Source of the DNA: Candidatus Cryptobacteroides sp. | GTDB lineage: Bacteria; Bacteroidota; Bacteroidia; Bacteroidales; UBA932 | Direction: 5' to 3' | DNA: 64,000 nucleotides | Assembly: GCA_045641985.1 (NCBI GenBank) | Contig: JAZUHY010000033.1 | Location: 33,985-97,984 of the forward strand | Part shown: in pieces, positions 57,259-64,000 of the stretch | How the letters are laid out: each line of letters opens with the position of its first letter | How positions within the stretch are numbered: the stretch's first letter is position 1 | The notes under the pieces: model-generated | Told to the model about the DNA's origin: nothing | The model's input: the letters and a program-made list of their open reading frames with translations, nothing else | Database searches by the model: none | Made by a program: the position numbers and the translations under genes

Positions 57259-58626
57259 ATGAAGAAGATATTTGTATTAGCCCTTGTTTTCGCGGGTATC
57301 AGCGCACTTGCACAGCAGAATGGCGGAATCACCCCCGAAATGCTGTCAGAGATTCAGAAAGGCTATGAAGGCACAACCGCCGACAAAGCCATCCGCAACG
57401 CACTCAACAACGCGGACTTCAATGTTCTGGCTGTCAATTCGGAGAGGGCGGCCGAGATAGACGGCGACTTTTCCGACAGGGTGAAGACGGTAGGAATTAC
57501 CAATCAGATGAAATCAGGCCGCTGCTGGCTCTTCACCGGTCTTAATGTCCTTCGCGCCGCCGCCATTGAAAGGCACGACCTCGGAGACTTCCGGTTCTCG
57601 CAGTGCTACTGCTTCTTCTGGGACCAGCTGGAGAAAGCCAACCTTTTCCTGCAGGCTGTGATTGACACCCGTGACAAGTCATTTGATGACCGCGAAGTGG
57701 ATTGGCTCTTCGCCCATCCCATCAGCGACGGCGGCACTTTCACCGGAGTCGCCAATCTTGTTATGAAATACGGAGTCGTTCCGTCGTATGCTATGCCTGA
57801 GAGTCGCATCGCAAACAGCACCTCACAACTTGCCTCCCAACTTGCCACAATACTCCGTCAGGACGGTCTGAAACTCCGGGAGACTCCCTCCGGCATCAAG
57901 GCGAAGAAGGTTCCCGAGTATCTCCGGCAGCAGAAAGTGGAAATGCTGAAGGAGATTTATCACGTTCTGGCTCTGGCATACGGTGTACCTCCCACTGAGT
58001 TTGAGTGGAAAGGGAAGACATACACTCCAGCCGCATTCTATCAGGAGATGGTGGGATTCGACCTGAACAACAACTATGTGATGCTTATGAACGACCCTAG
58101 CCGCGAGTACGGGAAGGTGTACGAAATTCAGTATGACCGCCACCTCTATGACGGGCAGAACTGGCTCTACGTGAATCTCCCCATTGAAAGAGTCAAGGAG
58201 ATGGCAATCGCCAGCATCAAGGGCGGCGACGCAATGTATTTCTCCTGCGACGTCGGCAAATATCTTGACCGTGCGCGCGGGCTGGCTGATCTCAAGAATT
58301 TTGACTATGAATCTATTCTGGGTGTCAAATATACAATGGACAAGAAGCAGCGGGTGATGACCCACGCCAGCGGCTCCTCCCACGCTATGACACTCATCGC
58401 CGTTGACATCAAGGACGGTGCCACCACGAAATGGATGGTGGAAAACAGTTGGGGAAAGGATACGGGATACAACGGTTATCTTGTTATGACCGACGAGTGG
58501 TTCAACGAGTATATGTTCCGTCTGGTGGTGGAGCGCAAGTATGTGCCGGCGGACGTGCAGGAGATGCTCAAGCAGAAACCTGTACAGTTGCCGGCCTGGG
58601 ATCCGATGTATCTTGGAGAAGAATAA
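57259..58626 (+). CDS. pepC: C1B cysteine aminopeptidase (PepC/bleomycin hydrolase family), secreted
   Basis: [30 protein letters not shown]. Confidence 0.93.
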   Translation: MKKIFVLALVFAGISALAQQNGGITPEMLSEIQKGYEGTTADKAIRNALNNADFNVLAVNSERAAEIDGDFSDRVKTVGITNQMKSGRCWLFTGLNVLRAAAIERHDLGDFRFSQCYCFFWDQLEKANLFLQAVIDTRDKSFDDREVDWLFAHPISDGGTFTGVANLVMKYGVVPSYAMPESRIANSTSQLASQLATILRQDGLKLRETPSGIKAKKVPEYLRQQKVEMLKEIYHVLALAYGVPPTEFEWKGKTYTPAAFYQEMVGFDLNNNYVMLMNDPSREYGKVYEIQYDRHLYDGQNWLYVNLPIERVKEMAIASIKGGDAMYFSCDVGKYLDRARGLADLKNFDYESILGVKYTMDKKQRVMTHASGSSHAMTLIAVDIKDGATTKWMVENSWGKDTGYNGYLVMTDEWFNEYMFRLVVERKYVPADVQEMLKQKPVQLPAWDPMYLGEE

Positions 58627-58639
58627 TAACATAGAAGAG

Positions 58640-59929
58640 ATGAAGAATTTTTTTGAAGAGCTGAGGTGGAGGGGAATGATTCACGACGTCACTCCCGGTA
58701 CGGAAGAAGAACTTAAGAAAGGTCCGATGTCTGCATACGTGGGCATTGACCCCACGGGAGATTCCCTGCACATAGGGCATCTGGTCAGCATAATGATTCT
58801 CAAGCATTTCCAGGCCTGCGGAAACAAGCCTTTCGCGTTGGTGGGCGGCGCAACGGGAATGATAGGGGACCCTTCGATGAAGAGTCAGGAGCGCAACCTG
58901 CTTGACGAGGAGACTCTTGCCCACAACGTGCAATGCATCAAGAATCAGCTGGGCCGTTTTCTCGATTTCAATTCAGACGCTCCCAACAAGGCGGAACTTG
59001 TCAACAACTATGACTGGATGAAAGATTATACTTTCATCAATTTTACGAGGGATATCGGCAAACTCATCACCGTCAACTATATGATGAGCAAAGACTCGGT
59101 CAAGAAGCGCCTGAGCCGTGATTCCAGTGAGGGAATGTCATTTACCGAATTTACATATCAGCTGCTTCAGGGATACGATTTCCTTTATCTCTACCAGAAC
59201 AGGAACGTCAGACTGCAACTTGGCGGCGCGGATCAGTGGGGTAACATCACTACCGGTACCGAGCTGATTCGCAGGACCTGCGGCGGCGAAGCTTTCGCAC
59301 TTACCTGCCCGCTTATCACAAAGGCTGACGGAGGCAAGTTCGGCAAGACCGAGAAGGGCAATATCTGGCTGGACCCGGAGCGTACATCGCCCTATCAGTT
59401 CTATCAGTTCTGGCTGAACGTCAGTGACGACGATGCCGAGAAGTATGTGAAAATCTTTACAATGCTTGACAAGGAAGTCATTGATACCGCCATCGCCGAG
59501 CATCGTGAAGATCCCGGTCAGCGCAGACTTCAGAAACTCCTCGCCAAGGAGATTACCATTATGGTGCACGGAGAGGCAGAATATGAAAAGGCTCTCAAGG
59601 CTTCACAGATGCTTTTCGGCAAGGCCACGGCCGATGATCTCAGGAGCCTGGACGAGAAGACTTTCCTTGATGTTTTCGACGGAGTGCCCACCTTTGAGCT
59701 TGACAGGACCAAACTTCCCGTCAACATCCTGGAGGCTCTGGCCGTTGAAACGACAATCTTCCCTTCAAAAGGTGAAGCCCGCAAGATGATTCAGGGCAAC
59801 GGTTTCAGTGTCAACAAAGAGAAGAGAACCGATCCGAACGGCACCCTGACGGATACCGATATAATCGACGGCAAGTATATTCTTGCCCAGAAAGGGAAGA
59901 AAGATTATTACATTATCATAGTGAAGTGA
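58640..59929 (+). CDS. tyrS: Tyrosine--tRNA ligase
   Basis: [43 protein letters not shown]-terminal S4 domain. Confidence 0.98.
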   Translation: MKNFFEELRWRGMIHDVTPGTEEELKKGPMSAYVGIDPTGDSLHIGHLVSIMILKHFQACGNKPFALVGGATGMIGDPSMKSQERNLLDEETLAHNVQCIKNQLGRFLDFNSDAPNKAELVNNYDWMKDYTFINFTRDIGKLITVNYMMSKDSVKKRLSRDSSEGMSFTEFTYQLLQGYDFLYLYQNRNVRLQLGGADQWGNITTGTELIRRTCGGEAFALTCPLITKADGGKFGKTEKGNIWLDPERTSPYQFYQFWLNVSDDDAEKYVKIFTMLDKEVIDTAIAEHREDPGQRRLQKLLAKEITIMVHGEAEYEKALKASQMLFGKATADDLRSLDEKTFLDVFDGVPTFELDRTKLPVNILEALAVETTIFPSKGEARKMIQGNGFSVNKEKRTDPNGTLTDTDIIDGKYILAQKGKKDYYIIIVK

Positions 59930-60276
59930 TGGAGTCACCGGCCAGTACAAGGCAACTCAAGGTTGCAAGGGAGCTTCAGCGGCATCTTGCGGAGATTATC
60001 CGCAGCCGCGGGATGTCGGTTTTCGGCGGTGCTATGGTCACTGTCAGCGAAGTCAGGATAAGTCCCGACCTCAGCGTTGCAAAGGTTTACGTAAGCATCT
60101 TCCCGTCCGAAAAGCAGGAAGATGTTATGAAAACTCTTCAGGTGGAGAACAAGTCCATCCGCGGCGAACTAGGAAGGAAGGTTGCCAAGCAGCTCAGGAT
60201 AGTCCCGGATATCGATTTCTATCTGGACTCTACGCTCGACTATGCCGAGCATATCGACGAACTTCTCAAGAAATAA
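59926..60276 (+). CDS. rbfA: 30S ribosome-binding factor A
   Basis: [32 protein letters not shown]...FYLD. Confidence 0.95.
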   Translation: MMESPASTRQLKVARELQRHLAEIIRSRGMSVFGGAMVTVSEVRISPDLSVAKVYVSIFPSEKQEDVMKTLQVENKSIRGELGRKVAKQLRIVPDIDFYLDSTLDYAEHIDELLKK

Positions 60277-60277
60277 A

Positions 60278-61591
60278 CTACTGGAACTCAATCTTTCCGT
60301 TTCTGTAGAAATCGAGCAGTTTCGTCTGGAAAAGACATTCATACCGCGCCTGGAGAAAGTTTGATGCGGCTTCCAGGTAGCGGTTTTTGGATTCATTGTA
60401 TTCCGTGATGTTTGCTTTCCCGTTCTCGTAGCGTTCGCGTACCAGGTCGAATGACTTTGATGCGCTTTCCGCCGCCTGCTCGCTGCTTACATATTTCCCC
60501 TGTGAAGTCAGGGCGTTGTAATATGCCTGCTGAATTTCCTTGAAGAGATATTTCTTGGTGTTCTCCAGCTGAAGCCTCTGGTTCTCGTATGCCAGTTTGG
60601 CTGAACGTATGGAATTGCGCGTTTGAAGCCTTGCGAAGATGGGGATGTTGAGGGAAAGACCCACATACTGGCTGAAATTGTTTTTTACCTGATTCCCGAA
60701 ACTGTCATTGTCCCTTCCGTTGGCTGTGTAGTAGTTGGTGCCTATTCCACCGTTAAGAGAGAGGGAGGGGAGCAGCGCACCCTTTGCCCGTGCTATGTCA
60801 ATGTCTGCATAGTCGAGTCTCAGCTGCTCCGACAGGATCTGGGGCTTGAATCCTACGGCCTCCGCATAGATGTCCTCCGGCTTCATAAGAAGGTTCAATT
60901 GGAGGTCATTCACTGAAGGGGCGATGATGTCGAATCCTTCGGGCGTCTCCAGTTCAAGAAGTTGGCTGAGATCCAGCAATGCAATCTCGGCATTGCCGTT
61001 TGCCTGTGTCTCGGACAGTCTGCTCTGGGCCAGGGTGGCGGCCTGCGCCGCAACGTCAGAGGCGCTGGCCTTGCCTGCATTGAACATTGCCTTCAGGCGT
61101 TCATGCTGGAGTGAGTCGACGGAAACCTGCCCCCGTGCCACGTTGAGTATTTCCCTTGAATACAGGACTTCCACATAGGCCTGGGCCACTGCAACCTTGA
61201 TGTCATCCTTGGCCTTTTCCAAATCCTCCGTGGCGGCCTGAAGATTCAATTTGCTCAGCTTGATGCCGTTATTGATATCAAAACCGTGGAAGATGGGAAG
61301 ATCACCTCCAAGACTGAAAGAGGTGGAGGTTGTGTTGGTGTTGGAATATGTATTGTCCGCCGTAAGGCCTCGTCCGAACGAAAAATTCTGAGAACCGGAC
61401 GCGCTGATGCCCGGCAGCCTGCGGGCTTCCGCCGTACTGAGGGCTATCTCCTGTTGTTTGACATTTATATTGCTCTGCTGGATGGAGATGTTATGCTCCA
61501 GAGCATAGTCTATGCACTGGCTCAGTGTCCAGGGCTCTGCCGACCAGGCAAGCGCCGGCAGGAAAAGCAAACTTGTCAGAAGTCGTTTCAT
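60278..61591 (-). CDS. TolC-family outer membrane efflux protein
   Basis: Signal peptide, WTL.QCIDYALEHN, A..AY..VL, YENGK. Confidence 0.93.
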   Translation of the reverse strand: MKRLLTSLLFLPALAWSAEPWTLSQCIDYALEHNISIQQSNINVKQQEIALSTAEARRLPGISASGSQNFSFGRGLTADNTYSNTNTTSTSFSLGGDLPIFHGFDINNGIKLSKLNLQAATEDLEKAKDDIKVAVAQAYVEVLYSREILNVARGQVSVDSLQHERLKAMFNAGKASASDVAAQAATLAQSRLSETQANGNAEIALLDLSQLLELETPEGFDIIAPSVNDLQLNLLMKPEDIYAEAVGFKPQILSEQLRLDYADIDIARAKGALLPSLSLNGGIGTNYYTANGRDNDSFGNQVKNNFSQYVGLSLNIPIFARLQTRNSIRSAKLAYENQRLQLENTKKYLFKEIQQAYYNALTSQGKYVSSEQAAESASKSFDLVRERYENGKANITEYNESKNRYLEAASNFLQARYECLFQTKLLDFYRNGKIEFQ

Positions 61592-61594
61592 CGC

Positions 61595-62686
61595 TTATTT
61601 CTCCTTGATTATTTTGTTTCCTCTGACGATATCCCCCTTCTTCAGACCCTCCTTGATTTCGATGTTGACACCGTTGCTGATGCCTGTTTTTACAGGAGTC
61701 CTGTCATATGACTCGCCGTTCTTGATGAATACGAAAGTGCTGTCGCCAGAAAATTCCAGAGTGCTTTCGGGAACGGACAGTACGCTGTCCGCCTGTGCGA
61801 GCACTATTTCGGCATTGGCAGAATATCCGGAGCGTATCATCTTTCCGTTGTCAGCCTTTACGGCCGCCTTTATCTCAAACTGGTTGGCTCCATTGACCTC
61901 CACGGCCTTGGGGGAGATGTATTCGATGGTCGCGTCAAGACTGTAGTCCTGAAGAGCTCCTATGGTGATGGTCACTCCCATTCCTTCAGTGATGGACCCG
62001 ACTTCGGTCTCGTCTATATTGCCGTCGAAAATCAAATCGTTCATATTGGCCACGGATGCTACGGTGGTACCTTCATTCATAGTGTTGGCCTGAATGACCG
62101 AATTCCCGACTTTGACCGGAATGTCCAGAATCAGACCGGAAATCGTGGACCTCACGAGTGTCGAGCTCCCCGTCTCATTGCTCTTTGAAACGCCGTCCCT
62201 GATAACTTCCAGGGATTCCTTGGCTGCGGCCATCTCCTCTTTCGCCTGATTGAATGACTGCAGTATCTGGTCGTATTCTTCCGCGCTCACGAGATTCTTG
62301 TCATACAGGGCTTTCTCCCTCTCAAGATTGGTTCTGGCCTGATTCAGATTGATTTCCGCCAGACGCACGCGGCTTTGGGCGGAACTCAGAGAATTCATAT
62401 CCGGAATGACGGTAAGTCTGGCAATAACCTCGTTGGCCTTGACGGTCTGCCCGGCTTCCTTGTAGAGTTCGTAGATGATGCCGTTGATCTGAGGCTTGAT
62501 ATTGACCTCATTGCGAGGCTCAATCTTGCCGGTAATGATGGTCGTCTTTCTGATGGTCTGTATTCCGGCCTCTATTTCCTGATAACTCTCGACCTCCGGT
62601 TTTGATTTCTTGAACAGGAAAACGAAGGTTCCGATGAATAGAACTCCAATCAGAGCGAAGATGATGTACTTGACTATTTTTTTCAT
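61595..62686 (-). CDS. Efflux periplasmic adaptor (MFP) subunit
   Basis: N-terminal TM, GKIEPRNEVNIKPQINGII, STISGLIL, IRSGYSANAEI. Confidence 0.92.
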   Translation of the reverse strand: MKKIVKYIIFALIGVLFIGTFVFLFKKSKPEVESYQEIEAGIQTIRKTTIITGKIEPRNEVNIKPQINGIIYELYKEAGQTVKANEVIARLTVIPDMNSLSSAQSRVRLAEINLNQARTNLEREKALYDKNLVSAEEYDQILQSFNQAKEEMAAAKESLEVIRDGVSKSNETGSSTLVRSTISGLILDIPVKVGNSVIQANTMNEGTTVASVANMNDLIFDGNIDETEVGSITEGMGVTITIGALQDYSLDATIEYISPKAVEVNGANQFEIKAAVKADNGKMIRSGYSANAEIVLAQADSVLSVPESTLEFSGDSTFVFIKNGESYDRTPVKTGISNGVNIEIKEGLKKGDIVRGNKIIKEK

Positions 62687-62702
62687 ATATGTTGTGTTTT
62701 TA

Positions 62703-63935
62703 TTATTCGTCTCTCATTGCATCCACCGGCTTTATCTTCATGGCTCGGGATGCCGGGGCCATTCCCGCCGCCGCGCCCAGCACTATGAGCAGCAGCGCGG
62801 CCGTGACGGCTGTCCGGAAATCAATCAGGAAAGTGGCCTGATGCTTTGTTATTGTTTCCAGGGCGTTCAGCAGCAGTACGCTGAACACAATTCCCCCCGA
62901 GCCGGCCACTATCGTCAGGGCGATGCTCTCTTCGATAATCTGGCTCAGAATGCTGGAGGGAGTCGCGCCTATGGCCCTGCGTATGCCTATTTCGGTGGTG
63001 CGCTCCCTGACCGTAACCATCATGATGTTGCTCACACCTATCGCACCGGCCAGAATAGTGCCCAGACCTACAAGCCAGACGAGGAAATTCACTCCGCGGA
63101 ACAGGTTGTCCATAATGGAGAATATCTGCTCCGTGTTGAGCACGAACAGAGCCGGTTTGTCGGAAGGGTCGAAATAATGCTCTCTGGCCATAACCTCCCT
63201 GATTCTGCCTTCCAGACTTGAAATCTTGACCCCATTCTTCCCCGTAGCGCCTATCACATCAACGTTCTGCCCCCTCCTGTAAAGTTTCTGCACTATGGGC
63301 AGGGCCGTCACTACTGCTTCGTCAGCCCTTCCCTGAATGTTTATGTTGCCGGAATTGAAATCCACTCCGACCACCTGGAAGTAGATGTCGCCAACTTTTA
63401 TGAAAGAACCGCAGGGGTCGCCGCCTTCCGGGAACAGAGCATCGTATATGCGCTTTCCTATGACGCAGACCTTCCGTTCCTGACTGATGTCGGTCTGGTT
63501 GATGAATCTGCCGTATTTGAGTTTTGGCGTTTCTATCCTGCTGTAGTCGGGGAGTACACCCTTGATGATACAGGATACGGAATTGATGCCGTAAACGGCA
63601 TTCTGCCCCCATCTGGCCATGGTGGGTGAGACAACATCCAGTTCCGGAATCATATTCTGGAGCCGGTCGATATCTCTGAGGGTGAGGTTCCAATAGCGAT
63701 TTTCCTTGAATCCCTTGTAGGGCTTGGTCGTGTTGGAGGATACAAGAAATACGGAATTGGTGGCAAAGCCCTCGAAATTGTTCATCAGCATCTCCTTAAG
63801 CCCCGCGCCTCCTCCGATGAGGAAGAGGAGCATGAACAGCCCCCAGAATATGCCGAAGCCTGTGAGCAGACTCCTGCTCTTGTTGCGGACAAGAGAATCC
63901 GCTATCTCCCTGTATGTGTCAATGTCAAATCTCAT
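62703..63935 (-). CDS. MacB-like ABC transporter permease
   Basis: RSLLTGFGIFWG, GAIGVSNIM.VTV.ERT.EIGIRRAIGA, PA.RA..IKPVDA. Confidence 0.92.
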   Translation of the reverse strand: MRFDIDTYREIADSLVRNKSRSLLTGFGIFWGLFMLLFLIGGGAGLKEMLMNNFEGFATNSVFLVSSNTTKPYKGFKENRYWNLTLRDIDRLQNMIPELDVVSPTMARWGQNAVYGINSVSCIIKGVLPDYSRIETPKLKYGRFINQTDISQERKVCVIGKRIYDALFPEGGDPCGSFIKVGDIYFQVVGVDFNSGNINIQGRADEAVVTALPIVQKLYRRGQNVDVIGATGKNGVKISSLEGRIREVMAREHYFDPSDKPALFVLNTEQIFSIMDNLFRGVNFLVWLVGLGTILAGAIGVSNIMMVTVRERTTEIGIRRAIGATPSSILSQIIEESIALTIVAGSGGIVFSVLLLNALETITKHQATFLIDFRTAVTAALLLIVLGAAAGMAPASRAMKIKPVDAMRDE

Positions 63936-64000
63936 TCTGCCCTTAATGCTTCGATAGGTTTGATTTTTGATGCCTTGCGGGCGGGGAAGAATCCTGCAAG
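63932..64000 (-). CDS. C-terminal end of a second MacB-like ABC permease (truncated by the window edge)
   Basis: The minus strand reads LAGFFPARKASKIKPIEALRAE*; its stop overlaps the next ATG. Confidence 0.85.
   Translation of the reverse strand, partial: LAGFFPARKASKIKPIEALRAE

Noticed and set aside
1-64000. CRISPR arrays, tRNA/rRNA genes, integrases, transposases, stop-codon recoding
   Set aside because: None seen. No regularly spaced repeats, intergenic spaces are too short for such RNAs apart from the riboswitch, and core genes are intact under the standard code.

Overview
A gene-dense, mostly housekeeping chromosomal segment from a Bacteroidota bacterium, probably an anaerobic gut or rumen Bacteroidales. 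The assignment rests on many TAnnTTTG -7 promoter boxes, BACON, NigD-like and DUF4434/DUF5009 proteins, and Bacteroidetes-type gene order. In order, the window holds: (1) an AT-richer BACON surface-protein gene and a relic of an AAA-ATPase gene; (2) an uncharacterised carbohydrate cluster (FAD oxidoreductase, metallophosphoesterase, DUF5009, sugar porter, DUF4434, SGNH esterase); (3) core genes miaB, rpoN, upp, a Fur-family regulator divergent from trxB, bamD-rpoZ-recN, pdxJ and nadK-uppS-bamA-skp; (4) korAB-gdh followed by a GDH homologue that has lost its catalytic residues, then an M3 peptidase; (5) a solitary AAA-ATPase/PD-(D/E)XK gene flanked by a 52-bp direct repeat of the 3' end of the neighbouring CoA-transferase gene; (6) a complete 10-gene succinyl-CoA-to-propionate operon with birA, LysR, a gamma-carbonic anhydrase homologue, a cobalamin riboswitch-btuB-btuC-like unit and a DASS transporter beside it; (7) a lolE-like gene, rmuC, pepC, tyrS, rbfA and a TolC/MFP/ABC efflux operon. 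No tRNA, rRNA, CRISPR array, integrase or transposase was seen. The best leads are the GDH pseudo-enzyme, the integrase-less repeat-flanked ATPase-nuclease cassette, and the solitary BtuC-like permease with a degenerate ATPase-coupling loop. All family assignments come from motif recognition by eye; no database searches were run.
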